Shown: positions 27,981 through 39,177, counted from the first letter of the stretch. The stretch: DNA of 64,000 nucleotides from Clostridiales bacterium (GCA_017513085.1 JAFWDK010000010.1:323995-387994), one strand, 5' to 3'. The notes: generated by a model from the sequence alone, not told the origin. A program made the numbers and translations.

Positions 27981-29378
27981 TTATTTAAACGGAGAATTCT
28001 TTCCTCCAAAACCTCCGAGGCCTCCAAGTCCGCCAAGACCCATCTTGCCCATACCCGGGAATCTGCCGAGGCCCTTCTTCCCGCCTTTAGTCATTTTACT
28101 GAATTTCTTCATCATCTCAGCAGTCTGCTCATATTGCTGAACCAGCTTGTTGACCTGTTGAACCGTAGTACCGGATCCGGCAGCAATACGCTTTCTTCTG
28201 CTCGCATTCAAAATATTCGGAACACGTCTTTCCTTCTTGGTCATAGAACGGATGATCGCCATGTTTATATCGATCACCTTATCATCTATATCTTCTTCTT
28301 TGATTTTGCCGGCAGCTCCAGGGATCATACCGAGCACGTCCTTCATGGAACCCATCTTCTTTAATTGTTCAAACTGGGAAAGAAGGTCATCCATATTAAA
28401 AGTACTGCTAAGCATACGCTCTACAGACTTGGCCGCTTCTTCTTCATCAATGGTCTGCTGGGCTTTCTCAATCAAAGAAAGGACATCACCCATACCAAGA
28501 ATACGGTCCGCCATACGGTTCGGGAAGAACTCTTCGATATTATCGATCTTCTCACCGACGCAGATATACTTGATCGGCTTTCCCGTCATTTTACGGATAG
28601 ACAACGCAGCACCGCCTCTGGCATCACCATCGAGCTTGGTCATAATAAATCCGTCAAGTCCGATACGGTCTTCGAAGCTCTGTGCCACCGCAACAGCTTC
28701 CTGACCGATCATGGCATCGACAACAAGAAGTTTCTCATGAGGCTTAACAAAATCACCGATCTTGATCAGTTCTTCCATCATCTCGTCATCTACGGTCATA
28801 CGACCTGCCGTATCGACGAGAAGTGTATCACAAAGCAAATACTTCGCTCTTTCAATACCGGCCTTGGCAATCACGATCGGATCTTTCTCTTCCGGCATAA
28901 TGAAAGACGGAACTTCCACTTTCTGCGCCAAAACCTCCAACTGCTTCGCAGCGGCCGGACGATGTACGTCAAGAGAAAGCAATAACGGACGTTTTCCGTT
29001 CTTCTTCAGGATATTCGCAAGCTTTGCAGCCGTTGTGGTTTTACCGGCACCCTGAAGACCATAAAGCATGATCACCGTAAATCCGGAAGGCGAAACCGCC
29101 AGCTTACTTGAAGTCTCACCGAGAAGTTCAACCAACGACTCGTGCACGATCTTAACGATCTGCTGTCCAGGCGTCAGGCTTTTCATAACATCAGCGCCCT
29201 TGCACTTCTCGCTCATATCCGCAACAAATTCTTTTACTACAGAATAATTAACATCCGCCTCAAGGAGCGCCATACGGATCTCCTTCATCATAGCCTTGAT
29301 ATCAGCATCGGTAACACGGGCACTACCGCGCATCTTCGCTGTGATATTCTGCAGTTTTTGCGACAAACTTTCAAACAT
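27981..29378 (-). CDS. ffh: Signal recognition particle protein Ffh
   Basis: ALLEADV, GLQGAGKTT, DTAGR, TKLDGDARGG, M domain SRRKRIAAGSG. Confidence 0.98.
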   Translation of the reverse strand: MFESLSQKLQNITAKMRGSARVTDADIKAMMKEIRMALLEADVNYSVVKEFVADMSEKCKGADVMKSLTPGQQIVKIVHESLVELLGETSSKLAVSPSGFTVIMLYGLQGAGKTTTAAKLANILKKNGKRPLLLSLDVHRPAAAKQLEVLAQKVEVPSFIMPEEKDPIVIAKAGIERAKYLLCDTLLVDTAGRMTVDDEMMEELIKIGDFVKPHEKLLVVDAMIGQEAVAVAQSFEDRIGLDGFIMTKLDGDARGGAALSIRKMTGKPIKYICVGEKIDNIEEFFPNRMADRILGMGDVLSLIEKAQQTIDEEEAAKSVERMLSSTFNMDDLLSQFEQLKKMGSMKDVLGMIPGAAGKIKEEDIDDKVIDINMAIIRSMTKKERRVPNILNASRRKRIAAGSGTTVQQVNKLVQQYEQTAEMMKKFSKMTKGGKKGLGRFPGMGKMGLGGLGGLGGFGGKNSPFK

Positions 29379-29383
29379 TATAC

Positions 29384-29704
29384 TTATAATTCCTCAACTA
29401 AAGTGGAGAGCAACTCCTTAGCCTTCTCCTCGTTATGCTCCTCCAATGCTGAAAAAGCACTGGCAATGGTCTTCTTCTGTGCTGTGAATCTCTCAACGAG
29501 TTTCAATTTTGCTTCGTATTCCGAAAGAGATGAGACTCCACGATGGATCGCATCATGAGCCGCTTGTCTCGAGATTCCGCAATCTTCGGCAATCTCCGCC
29601 AGTGACATATCTTCCTGATAACGAAGTTCAAGGATCTCTCTGGTACGCTTGGTCAGCAACTGCCCATAAAAATCAAGCAACATGCACACTTCGACGCTAT
29701 CCAT
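29384..29704 (-). CDS. ylxM: YlxM (UPF0122) HTH protein
   Basis: LLDFYGQLLT, SLAEIAE..GISRQA, YEAKLKL; upstream of ffh. Confidence 0.92.
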   Translation of the reverse strand: MDSVEVCMLLDFYGQLLTKRTREILELRYQEDMSLAEIAEDCGISRQAAHDAIHRGVSSLSEYEAKLKLVERFTAQKKTIASAFSALEEHNEEKAKELLSTLVEEL

Positions 29705-29732
29705 AGAAGTATCCTCCCTCACACGCTAAAGA

Positions 29733-29761
29733 AGAATACCAAACTACGGAGAATGTGTCAA
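29733..29761 (-). promoter_or_regulatory. sigma-A promoter of ylxM-ffh
   Basis: TTGACA-N17-TATTCT with extended -10 TG. Confidence 0.65.
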
Positions 29762-29794
29762 GCATTTTTACTTGTCAGGCGTAAATTATTTGAA

Positions 29795-30706
29795 TTATTG
29801 CGGAAGCAACGACTTCACAAAGACTTCCGGATCAAAATCCACCAGATCCTCCGCACTCTCTCCTAGACCGGCCAGGAATATCGGAGCTTTTGTAGAATGA
29901 GCTACTGCGATGGCAACACCGCCTTTGGCACTTCCGTCAAGTTTGGTGATACCGATGCCGGACAGTTTTACCGCCTTACTGAACACTTCTGCCTGAATAA
30001 CGGCATTTTGACCGGTAGTCGCATCGATGATCAGTAGTGCCTGAGTATTGGCTGACGGAGCTTCTCTCTCGATCACACGGCAGATCTTGCTGAGCTCATC
30101 CATAAGATTCTGCTTATTATGAAGTCTTCCGGCCGTATCAATGATCAGCACATCCGCTCTTTTCGCTATGGCAGAGTGAACGGCATCATAGCATACTGCA
30201 GCAGGATCAGATCCTTCCTCATGAGAAATAACATGGGTATCTGTCATTTCACCCCAGGCAGCAAGCTGTTCGATCGCAGCCGCACGGAAAGTATCGGCAG
30301 CAGCAAGCATGACTTTCTTGCCCTGATTTTTATAACGCAGGCAAAGCTTTCCTGCAGTTGTTGTTTTACCGGTGCCGTTTACGCCCACCATAAGAATAAT
30401 ATTCAGATTGTTCTCTTCGATATTCAGCGTTTTCTTTTCGCCGAGGATCTCCAGCATTTTATTGGAAACCACATTCATAACGGCTGCCTTACTATCATCG
30501 CCGGTCTTTTTGATTGAGTCCCGGACCTCATCCATGATCGCAAGACTGGCTCCGACACCACAATCCGCCTGAACAAGCAAAGCTTCCAGATCATCAAGCA
30601 TATCCTCGTCGAAACGTCCCATAGATGCCGAAATCTTTGTGATTCCTTCCGCTACGAAATTTCTGGTTTTAGCCAATCCTCTTTTGAAAATATCGAAAAT
30701 GCCCAT
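29795..30706 (-). CDS. ftsY: SRP receptor FtsY
   Basis: GVNGTGKTTT, DTFRAAA, DTAGR, TKLDGSAKGG. Confidence 0.97.
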   Translation of the reverse strand: MGIFDIFKRGLAKTRNFVAEGITKISASMGRFDEDMLDDLEALLVQADCGVGASLAIMDEVRDSIKKTGDDSKAAVMNVVSNKMLEILGEKKTLNIEENNLNIILMVGVNGTGKTTTAGKLCLRYKNQGKKVMLAAADTFRAAAIEQLAAWGEMTDTHVISHEEGSDPAAVCYDAVHSAIAKRADVLIIDTAGRLHNKQNLMDELSKICRVIEREAPSANTQALLIIDATTGQNAVIQAEVFSKAVKLSGIGITKLDGSAKGGVAIAVAHSTKAPIFLAGLGESAEDLVDFDPEVFVKSLLPQ

Positions 30707-30741
30707 CAATGTTCTCCTTATCTTCTCTTATTCATTTCCTG

Positions 30742-33700
30742 TCAAACGTCACTCAATCGCATGGACAGGATCTTCGAAATACCTCTTTCCTGCATGGTTA
30801 CACCATACATACGGTCACAGGCTTCCATCGTTCCTTTTCTGTGTGTAACCAGAATAAACTGGGACTTCACACAGTATCTTCTTACAAAATCCGTAAAACG
30901 GTTAACATTTGCATCATCGAGTGCAGCCTCAACCTCATCAAGAACACAGAATGGAGACGGACGAAGCTGTAGTATTGCAAAAAGAAGCGCAATCGCCGTC
31001 AGGCAACGTTCACCACCGGACAGCAGAGACAAACTCTGCAGTTTCTTTCCCGGAGGCTGGGCCTGAATATCGATACCGCAATTCAAAACATCCTCCTGAT
31101 TCTCCAAAAGGATCTGTGCGGTACCGCCATTAAACAGATCCGAGAAAACGGTTTTGAAATTCTCATTGATCTGCTCGAAATGCGTCATAAACTGTTGTTT
31201 CATCTCATTAATAAGATCTTCGATAACTTTTTGCAGGTCTGCTTTGGCTTTTTCAATATCATCTCTTTGAGCGCACATGAATTCATAACGCTCGCCGACT
31301 TTCTGATACTCTTCGATCGCTTCGATATTGACCGGACCGATAGCCTTGATCTGACCTTTCAGATCATTGCACTTCTTCTGCATAACCGTCAGACTATCGA
31401 TTTCCACACGATATTCCGCTGCATTGTCGTAAGTCAACTCATGGTTTTCCCACAAGCGGTTCTTGCTTTCATCAACCTCGATCTCATAACGTTCCAGTTT
31501 ACTATCCAGTTTTGCCTGTTCCGTCTGAAGCTGTGAAAGTTTTGCAGTTGCTTCGGTAACATTCTCAATGAATCCGGCAAGTTTTCCATCAAGTTCTGTT
31601 TTTTCCTGAACGATTTTCGAGATCGCCTGATCGAATTTTTCTTCTTCTTCCTTCAAGCCCTCTTTAAATTTGACCTGTTCCTCAAATTGTTTCTTTATTT
31701 CTTCTGCGTCTTTCTTCGCCTGCTCGGCTTCCTGCTTCGCGCGCTCCATATCATCTTTATTCTTCTGCTTCTCATTTTCAAACATACGAAGCATCTCGGA
31801 GATCGCATTGACCGAACCATTCACCGTCTCAATACGCACACGCAGATCGCTGATCGAAGCACGCATTTTCTCGAGTTCCTGCTGTTCGGACGCAAACTTT
31901 TCTTCCGTGGAACTGGCCTTTTCCTTCAATTCGGCAATTTCATCTTCTCTTTCAGAAATAACCTGCTTCGCTTCTTCAAGGTCGGAAGACGAAGAAAGTT
32001 TTGAAGCAGAGATCGACTCAAGTTCTTTTTCCACCGAAGTGATACGATCCACTGTTTTCTTATAATCTTCTTCAGCCGCCTCAAAAGCACTTTCCACACG
32101 GATACGGTTGTGGGTGGAACTCTGGAGTTTTTCCTCCAACTGCATCTGCTCTCTGGCAAGATCTTTGATCTGAAGATCGAAATCCTGCTTCTGCGCTTCC
32201 ATTTTCGCTATTTCACGTTCCAAAGCCGCATAGCTCTTACGGAACTCATCGAGTTCCCTTGCACGGCTTAAGAGATTTGCACCCTTTTTATTTATGCTAC
32301 CACCGGTGAGAGATCCGCCCGGATTCACGACATCACCGGAGAGCGAAACCACACGATAAGCGTACTTGGCCCGTTTGGCCATAAAAATACCGTTCTCCAA
32401 AGTATCAACAATAACGATACGTCCCAAAAGATTCTCGATAATATCCCGAAGATCCGAACGCGTCTCCACCAGATCCGAAGCCAGGCCGATATAACCGCGC
32501 GCGTTTTTTGCATCCCGCAGATAGTTTTCTTCAAGATTTCTAGGACGGATCGAGTCTATAGGCAGGAATGTAACACGTCCCAGACGCTTTTCCTTCAAAT
32601 GATCGATCAGCATCGACGCATCTTTGTCATTTTGCGTAACTACATTATGCATAGCCTGGCCCAGAGCAATCTCGATGGCTGTCTCATATTCTTTGTCAAC
32701 TTTGATCAACTCACCCAAGACACCGATCACAAGTTTCGAAAGACTCGGGATCTGATCCGTGCTCGTAAGGAGTCTACGAACCGACTCCTGATAACCTTCA
32801 CGGCTCTTTTCAAGGTTTTCCATCGTTTTAATGCTGAACGCACAATTCGACAGCAATCTTTGCTTCGCGTCAAGATCTGAAGAGAACTTATCAGCTTCTT
32901 TTCGTTTCTGCGCAACTTCGATCTGCTTTTCCGAAAGCGAAGACGCCAGTTCCGCAGCATCGGTAAGTGCTTTTTTCAGTTCTTCATCAGCTTCATTACG
33001 CTTCTTCAGAGCAAGATCTCTTTCTGAGATCATCAGCATACGGTCTTCAGACAAAGATTTGATTCTGGCTTCTTTTACCATCATATCTCCGGAAAGTCCG
33101 GAAACAGTCTCTCTTGCTTCGAATAGTTCTTCAGTAAGAAGCTCGATCTTTTTACGTAATTCAGTCTGCTTAGCCTGATTTCCTGACATTTTATCCAGCA
33201 ACGCTTTATGCGAACTCTCAACCGCATTCAGTTCATTGGTCAAATTGGTCTTATCCAGCTCAAGACTCGCTATCTTGTTCTGATTCTCGCTGATCTCTTT
33301 ATCCAAGCGCTCGATTTCGTCGGTATGTTCCACATCAGAACCTTCCACAGCCTTAATACGGGCCTGAAGATGATCATAACGTTCCTTAAAGATCACCATC
33401 TGATTATTGATCTCATGGATCTTCTCTGTCAGATCAGATCTTTCCTGTCTCTTATTCTCGAGTTCTTCTTCCAGAAAAGCCGAACGCTCCGTCAATGCGC
33501 GATTCTCTGAACGGATCTTCATAACAAGATCCTGCTGATCTTCAACGGCCTTATTCAGACTCGCCCGTTCATCACTGCTGGCATCCAGAAATGCCTTATT
33601 CCGATCGATAAGATGCAGAAGCACTGCAATATCGTTTTTTTTCCATTCTTCATACAGCTGATGATATTTTTTCGCTTTTTCCGCCTGCTCAGCCAAAGGC

Positions 33701-34308
33701 CCGATCTGGTTTGATAACTCATCCAAAATATCATTGATACGAACAAGATTTTGCTCCGCAGAATTCAGTTTTCTCTCGGCTTCGTCTTTTCTGGTCTTAA
33801 ATTTCACGATGCCGGAAGCCTCTTCCAGTACTTTACGACGATCTTCGGACTTTGTGGATAGAATATCATCCACTCGGCCCTGGCCAATGATGGAATAACC
33901 GTCTTTACCTAAGCCGGTGTCCATAAACAGTTGTTGAATATCCTTCATGCGGCAGTTCACATGATTGATCTGATACTCGCTCTCGCCGGAACGATAAAGC
34001 CTTCTTGTGACCTGAACTTCATAATACTCTATAGGAAGAAGTCCGTCCGAATTGTCCAGAGTCATGGAAACCTCGGCAAAATTCATGGCACGACGGGACT
34101 GGGTACCATTGAAGATCACGTCCTCCATCTTGGCGCCACGAAGAGTTTTTACGCTTTGCTCACCAAGAACCCAGCGGATCGCATCAGTAACATTACTCTT
34201 ACCGCTTCCGTTAGGTCCTACGATAGCCGTCATTCCTTTATCAAACTCAATAAGAGTTGCTTCCGGAAATGACTTAAAGCCTTGGATTTCCAGTTTCTTA
34301 AGATGCAT
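30742..34308 (-). CDS. smc: Chromosome segregation protein SMC
   Basis: GFKSF, GPNGSGKSN, coiled coils, hinge (GRVTFLP), LSGGE, LDEVEAALD. Confidence 0.98.
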   Translation of the reverse strand: MHLKKLEIQGFKSFPEATLIEFDKGMTAIVGPNGSGKSNVTDAIRWVLGEQSVKTLRGAKMEDVIFNGTQSRRAMNFAEVSMTLDNSDGLLPIEYYEVQVTRRLYRSGESEYQINHVNCRMKDIQQLFMDTGLGKDGYSIIGQGRVDDILSTKSEDRRKVLEEASGIVKFKTRKDEAERKLNSAEQNLVRINDILDELSNQIGPLAEQAEKAKKYHQLYEEWKKNDIAVLLHLIDRNKAFLDASSDERASLNKAVEDQQDLVMKIRSENRALTERSAFLEEELENKRQERSDLTEKIHEINNQMVIFKERYDHLQARIKAVEGSDVEHTDEIERLDKEISENQNKIASLELDKTNLTNELNAVESSHKALLDKMSGNQAKQTELRKKIELLTEELFEARETVSGLSGDMMVKEARIKSLSEDRMLMISERDLALKKRNEADEELKKALTDAAELASSLSEKQIEVAQKRKEADKFSSDLDAKQRLLSNCAFSIKTMENLEKSREGYQESVRRLLTSTDQIPSLSKLVIGVLGELIKVDKEYETAIEIALGQAMHNVVTQNDKDASMLIDHLKEKRLGRVTFLPIDSIRPRNLEENYLRDAKNARGYIGLASDLVETRSDLRDIIENLLGRIVIVDTLENGIFMAKRAKYAYRVVSLSGDVVNPGGSLTGGSINKKGANLLSRARELDEFRKSYAALEREIAKMEAQKQDFDLQIKDLAREQMQLEEKLQSSTHNRIRVESAFEAAEEDYKKTVDRITSVEKELESISASKLSSSSDLEEAKQVISEREDEIAELKEKASSTEEKFASEQQELEKMRASISDLRVRIETVNGSVNAISEMLRMFENEKQKNKDDMERAKQEAEQAKKDAEEIKKQFEEQVKFKEGLKEEEEKFDQAISKIVQEKTELDGKLAGFIENVTEATAKLSQLQTEQAKLDSKLERYEIEVDESKNRLWENHELTYDNAAEYRVEIDSLTVMQKKCNDLKGQIKAIGPVNIEAIEEYQKVGERYEFMCAQRDDIEKAKADLQKVIEDLINEMKQQFMTHFEQINENFKTVFSDLFNGGTAQILLENQEDVLNCGIDIQAQPPGKKLQSLSLLSGGERCLTAIALLFAILQLRPSPFCVLDEVEAALDDANVNRFTDFVRRYCVKSQFILVTHRKGTMEACDRMYGVTMQERGISKILSMRLSDV

Positions 34309-34373
34309 CTATGCTCCTAGTAAATATCATTAGGTATAAATTATAACATAAGCACGCAAGAAGTTATCCCGCA

Positions 34374-35081
34374 TTATGCTTTCCAAATCTCCAGAGCCAG
34401 CCTCGAAGCATCCTGCTCAGCCTGTTTCTTGCTTCTTCCCTTAGCCCGAACGATTTCCTCACCATCGATCAGGACCGCTACCTCAAAGATATGGTCATGA
34501 ACAGGGCCTTCTTCATTCACCACCTCAAAAAACACCTGATGGTTGGAATGCTTGGTTTGTGCTTTTTCTAAAAGGCGGCTCTTATAGTCAAAGATCAGTT
34601 CACCCTTAACAGCAAGATCCACATACTGATTTAACAGGAACAGAATAACCCGCTTAGCATGATCAAATCCACCATCCAGGTAGATCGCTGCAAACAAGGA
34701 TTCCATGGTATCCGCGAGTGTCGATGGTTTGTCACGGCCACCCGTTCCCTCTTCTCCTTTACCGAGTAACAGGAGTTGTCCGACCTGAAGCTGATTGGCA
34801 ACTTCCGCCAGTGTTTTCTCACAAACCACGAGCGCCCGTGTTTTGGAAAGCTTTCCTTCATCCCACTGAGGTTTTCTGTTATAGATTTCCTCACCAATAA
34901 TGAAATCAAGGATGGCATCCCCGAGAAATTCGAGTCTTTGATTGGAGACGATCCCCATTTTCCGATGCTCATACGAATATGTGGAATGCGTAAGTGCCAG
35001 TAAAAGATACTGTTTATCAGAGAATGAGTATTGAAGTTTTTCTTCTAAACCCGCATGAAGCGGTATATATTCCCGTTCCAT
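34374..35081 (-). CDS. rnc: Ribonuclease III
   Basis: ALTHS, RLEFLGDAIL, AIYLD, dsRBD (GPVH..F, SKKQAEQ). Confidence 0.97.
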   Translation of the reverse strand: MEREYIPLHAGLEEKLQYSFSDKQYLLLALTHSTYSYEHRKMGIVSNQRLEFLGDAILDFIIGEEIYNRKPQWDEGKLSKTRALVVCEKTLAEVANQLQVGQLLLLGKGEEGTGGRDKPSTLADTMESLFAAIYLDGGFDHAKRVILFLLNQYVDLAVKGELIFDYKSRLLEKAQTKHSNHQVFFEVVNEEGPVHDHIFEVAVLIDGEEIVRAKGRSKKQAEQDASRLALEIWKA

Positions 35082-35122
35082 AACCTCCTCCTGCTCAGAT
35101 TATTTTCTATTAGTATACAGAG

Positions 35123-35161
35123 AAAAAAGAAATGCTTCAAATGATTTCTCATTTGAAGCAT
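35123..35161 (-). terminator. Intrinsic terminator after acpP
   Basis: ATGCTTCAAATGA / TCATTTGAAGCAT 13-bp stem with a T-rich tail on the minus strand. Confidence 0.75.
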
Positions 35162-35186
35162 CTTGAAAAGCTTAGTTATCGAATGA

Positions 35187-35426
35187 TTACATCTTACCCT
35201 TGATGAACTCAACAGCGTCTCCTACTGTCTTGATACGCTCAGCTTCCTCATCAGGAATGGAAATGTTGAACTCCTGCTCCATAGCCATAACCAGCTCAAC
35301 CATATCGAGAGAATCTGCATTCAGATCATCTACGAACAAAGAATCCATTTGAACACTATCTTCAGAAACATTCAATTGATCAACAAGAATAGATTTAACA
35401 CTCTCAAAAACCGAATCAGATGACAT
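35187..35426 (-). CDS. acpP: Acyl carrier protein
   Basis: [14 protein letters not shown] phosphopantetheine motif; start ATG 35426 after SD AGGAGG. Confidence 0.96.
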   Translation of the reverse strand: MSSDSVFESVKSILVDQLNVSEDSVQMDSLFVDDLNADSLDMVELVMAMEQEFNISIPDEEAERIKTVGDAVEFIKGKM

Positions 35427-35558
35427 ATTTATAACCTCCTGTATAAATTGCATTTAGCAATCTCATATATGTTTTTAATTGAATATCATTAAAATGTCAA
35501 TACACTAAATCAATAAATTTGGGAAAATATTTTGAATTTCAAACAATTTGTAAAAGAA

Positions 35559-36188
35559 TCACTCATTTTCTTTGAAATACTTGAGATTCTTTAGCAAATA
35601 ATCCATACCGGAGATGACTGTCATCAGAACACTGATAAGGAAAAGAATGTTGCCGATAAGCTGGACTCCATCTACGATTCCTGTGTAAGAAAGATCGGAA
35701 AACATGGCATGAAGGATCTTGATCAACAGAGTTTCAAACATAAGATACGTAATAGCGATCATCTGAGTAACCGTTTTGATCTTTCCGATCATCTTAGCGG
35801 CCATGACCACGCCCTTTGCGCTGGCAAGCATACGGATGCCGGTAACAGCAAACTCGCGTAATACGATAATGCATACCCACACCGAAGAAATACGATCCAG
35901 GTCTACAAGGGCGATCAGCACGGAAATGACAAGCATCTTATCCGCCAGAGAATCTAAGAACTTACCCAGATTAGTAATAAGATTATACTTTCTGGCAATC
36001 TTTCCATCGGCCAGATCAGTAAGCGAAGCCACAACAAAGAGACATGCCGCAACGATCATGCCATATTCGCTGATAAATGAATTCCAACCTTCAGGACAAA
36101 TCGAACCAATATGGATCGGAAGCATGAACAGAAGAATCAGCGGAACTAAAAGTATCCTTGTGAGAGATAGTTTATTCGGCAAATTCAT
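35559..36188 (-). CDS. pgsA: CDP-diacylglycerol--glycerol-3-phosphate 3-phosphatidyltransferase
   Basis: MNLPN.L, TD..DGKIAR...LGKFLD.LADK, REFAVTG.R, GKIKT. Confidence 0.95.
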   Translation of the reverse strand: MNLPNKLSLTRILLVPLILLFMLPIHIGSICPEGWNSFISEYGMIVAACLFVVASLTDLADGKIARKYNLITNLGKFLDSLADKMLVISVLIALVDLDRISSVWVCIIVLREFAVTGIRMLASAKGVVMAAKMIGKIKTVTQMIAITYLMFETLLIKILHAMFSDLSYTGIVDGVQLIGNILFLISVLMTVISGMDYLLKNLKYFKENE

Positions 36189-37533
36189 CTTCTGTTACTC
36201 CTGTTAATTCATAAGGCGTACAATCCACTATCTTGACCGACACAATGTCACCGATCTGAAGCGGACGTTCTGTTGATACAACATAGATGACCGGATCGAT
36301 CTCCGGCGCCTCCATATAACTACGCCCCATGTAGAATATACCATCATCGGAGATAGAATCAATAGTGACTTTATAGAATTTTCCGATGCGCTGCTCATTA
36401 TAATGTAGTGAAATTTCCTGTTGAAGCTCCATAACACGGGCATATCGACGCTCAGAAACATCTTTGTGTACTCTTGGATGCATATTGAAACCAAGAGTAT
36501 TCTCTTCCGGAGAATAGATAAAACATCCCAGACATTGGAATTTCCATTTTTGCAGGTTCTTCAGCAAGTTTTCAAACTGCGCCTGTTTTTCTCCTGGAAA
36601 GCCAACCATGACAGTAGAACGGATAACGATATCCGGAACGGCACTTCTCAGTTTATCGAGTGTTTTCGTAATCGACGAAACAGTATCTTTTCTCCTCATT
36701 TTCTTGAGGATCTCATCATCGCCGTGCTGAACAGGAATATCCAGATAATGAAGGACTTTCGGATTTGTTGCGATCTCATTGATCAGATCATCGGTAATGC
36801 CGTTAATATAGGCATACATAATGCGAATCGATTCAATACCTTCAATGCAGGAAAGCTTTGACAGAAGCTCAGATAAGCACTTCTTACCATAAAGATCCTT
36901 TCCGTAATTAGTCGTATCCTGAGCCGCCAGAATAATTTCTTTAAAACCAAGAGCAGCCAGATGCTTTGCTTCTTCCAGAATATCTTCCATCTTTCTGGAA
37001 ATGTATTTACCACGGATCCCTGGAATCGCGCAAAAAGCACAACCGTTCGAACAGCCCTCGGCAATCTTGAGCCAGGCATAGGACTTGGTAGTCACAACAC
37101 GCTCTGTCTGCATGTGAGAAAGGCTTCCCGGTTTGTCCATATATGACATCCATTCCAATCGATCTTTAGAAAACAAAGAACCGACGACCTTACTAATGTC
37201 CTGATAATGCGCAGTTCCGATAACGGCATCTACTTCAGGAAGGCTCTTCTTGATTTGTTCAGGATATCTTTGTGAAAGGCAACCGGCCACTACAATATAG
37301 GAGAGTTTTCCTTGAGGCTTCTTGTAAGAAGCCACTTCCAGGATCGTATCGATAGCTTCCTTCTTAGCGCTCTCAATAAATCCACAAGTATTAATGATGA
37401 CACAATCAGCCTTTGTAATGTCATCCGTCATCTTGTAGCCGTCGTTCATCAGGATAGTCGTCATACATTCCGTATCCACGAGATTCTTTGAACAGCCTAA
37501 AGAAATCATCGATATATAGCGATCTTTACTCAT
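36172..37533 (-). CDS. rimO: Ribosomal protein S12 methylthiotransferase
   Basis: SLGCSKNLVD, INTCGFI, radical SAM CxxxCxxC (CSNGCAFC), APEID in the TRAM region. Confidence 0.95.
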   Translation of the reverse strand: MSKDRYISMISLGCSKNLVDTECMTTILMNDGYKMTDDITKADCVIINTCGFIESAKKEAIDTILEVASYKKPQGKLSYIVVAGCLSQRYPEQIKKSLPEVDAVIGTAHYQDISKVVGSLFSKDRLEWMSYMDKPGSLSHMQTERVVTTKSYAWLKIAEGCSNGCAFCAIPGIRGKYISRKMEDILEEAKHLAALGFKEIILAAQDTTNYGKDLYGKKCLSELLSKLSCIEGIESIRIMYAYINGITDDLINEIATNPKVLHYLDIPVQHGDDEILKKMRRKDTVSSITKTLDKLRSAVPDIVIRSTVMVGFPGEKQAQFENLLKNLQKWKFQCLGCFIYSPEENTLGFNMHPRVHKDVSERRYARVMELQQEISLHYNEQRIGKFYKVTIDSISDDGIFYMGRSYMEAPEIDPVIYVVSTERPLQIGDIVSVKIVDCTPYELTGVTEDEFAE

Positions 37534-37563
37534 ATACTCACCATAAAACAAAAGAATTACATG

Positions 37564-38049
37564 TTATTCTACATCATGAATGAGTTTTCTGAAAGATGCA
37601 ACCGCCAAGGACGTCGAATAACCTCGACTTTCCAGATAACGAACTGCCTTGGCGATTTGATTACGAACTTCACGCGGGTCATCAGAAAAAGAGTCAACAG
37701 GGAAACGATCACGGATCACTTCCATGATCGTCTCTTCATCGTTGACATCTTCCTCATCAAAGACTTGCTCGATCAGTTGTCTGGAAACACCTGCTTCTTC
37801 CAATCGCGCAAACAATTTCATCCGACTCTCGGATTTAGCACCGGATCTTTGTCTGATGATCTTTCGCGCGACCTTTCTGTCATCAACGTATCCGTCTTCG
37901 ATCAATTGATCAACAACTTCCCGAACCAATTCACGATCAAATCCGAGATTCTGAAGATACTCCGTCGTTTTACCGGACGAAGAAACAGACAGACCTATAT
38001 GCTTAATAGCTTTGTTTCGAGCTTCACTATACTTTACGGCATCATCCAT
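37564..38049 (-). CDS. recX: Regulatory protein RecX
   Basis: Directly after recA; GYVDD and YLESRGY helical repeats. Confidence 0.8.
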   Translation of the reverse strand: MDDAVKYSEARNKAIKHIGLSVSSSGKTTEYLQNLGFDRELVREVVDQLIEDGYVDDRKVARKIIRQRSGAKSESRMKLFARLEEAGVSRQLIEQVFDEEDVNDEETIMEVIRDRFPVDSFSDDPREVRNQIAKAVRYLESRGYSTSLAVASFRKLIHDVE

Positions 38050-38051
38050 GA

Positions 38052-39161
38052 TCAGATATCAATACCGAGAACATCGTCATCGAGCTGCGTATCATCTTCG
38101 ATAGCTGCAGGAACTTCTTCCTGGTTCACGCCACCGAGAGATGCACGGATCTTCTCTTCGATTTCATCCCGAACTTCAGGATGTTCCTTAAGATAAGTCT
38201 TGGCATTATCTTTTCCCTGACCGATTTTCTGACCCTGATAAGCAAACCAGGAACCACTCTTCTCGATAATATCTTTATCAACAGCCAAATCAATAATGCA
38301 ACCTTCTTTGGAAATACCTTCGCCATACATAATGTCGAATTCGGCTTCACGGAAAGGCGGAGCAACTTTGTTCTTAACAACTTTGACACGCGTATGGTTA
38401 CCGATCACTTCGCCGCCATTACGCAAAGATTCGACTCGACGAACATCCAAACGGACAGATGAATAGAACTTCAAAGCACGTCCGCCAGGCGTGGTTTCCG
38501 GATTGCCGAACATGATTCCGACTTTTTCACGAAGCTGATTGATAAAGATACATACTGTGCTGGATTTGCTGATAATACCGGCAAGTTTACGAAGTGCCTG
38601 AGACATCAATCTCGCCTGAAGACCGACATGAGAATCGCCCATTTCACCGTCAATTTCTGCTTTCGGAACAAGTGCAGCGACAGAGTCGATAACAATTACA
38701 TCCACCGCACCGCTACGAACAAGAGCTTCAGTAATTTCCAGAGCCTGCTCTCCTGTATCCGGCTGGGAAACGATCAATTCATCGATATTTACACCGATCT
38801 TTCCTGCATAAACAGGATCAAGAGCATGCTCAGCATCAATAAATGCAGCAGTACCGCCCTGTTTCTGGGATTCCGCAACAACGTGAAGCGCTACAGTTGT
38901 CTTACCGGAAGACTCAGGTCCATAGATCTCAATGATTCTTCCCTTCGGAAGACCACCTACGCCAAGAGCCAGATCCAATGTCAATGCTCCGGTCGGCACA
39001 GCATCTACAACCATGCTTGCCTGCTCACCCAATCGCATAACGGCACCCTTACCGAATTGTTTTTCTATCTGCAATAATGCAGCGTCCAAAGCCTTGGTAC
39101 GCTCACTGTCTGTCTTCTTTGATACATCCTGCTGAGATTTGTTGGAATCTTTCTTAGCCAT
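38052..39161 (-). CDS. recA: Recombinase A
   Basis: [40 protein letters not shown]. Confidence 0.99.
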   Translation of the reverse strand: MAKKDSNKSQQDVSKKTDSERTKALDAALLQIEKQFGKGAVMRLGEQASMVVDAVPTGALTLDLALGVGGLPKGRIIEIYGPESSGKTTVALHVVAESQKQGGTAAFIDAEHALDPVYAGKIGVNIDELIVSQPDTGEQALEITEALVRSGAVDVIVIDSVAALVPKAEIDGEMGDSHVGLQARLMSQALRKLAGIISKSSTVCIFINQLREKVGIMFGNPETTPGGRALKFYSSVRLDVRRVESLRNGGEVIGNHTRVKVVKNKVAPPFREAEFDIMYGEGISKEGCIIDLAVDKDIIEKSGSWFAYQGQKIGQGKDNAKTYLKEHPEVRDEIEEKIRASLGGVNQEEVPAAIEDDTQLDDDVLGIDI

Positions 39162-39177
39162 ACGCTTCCTCCCTTTA

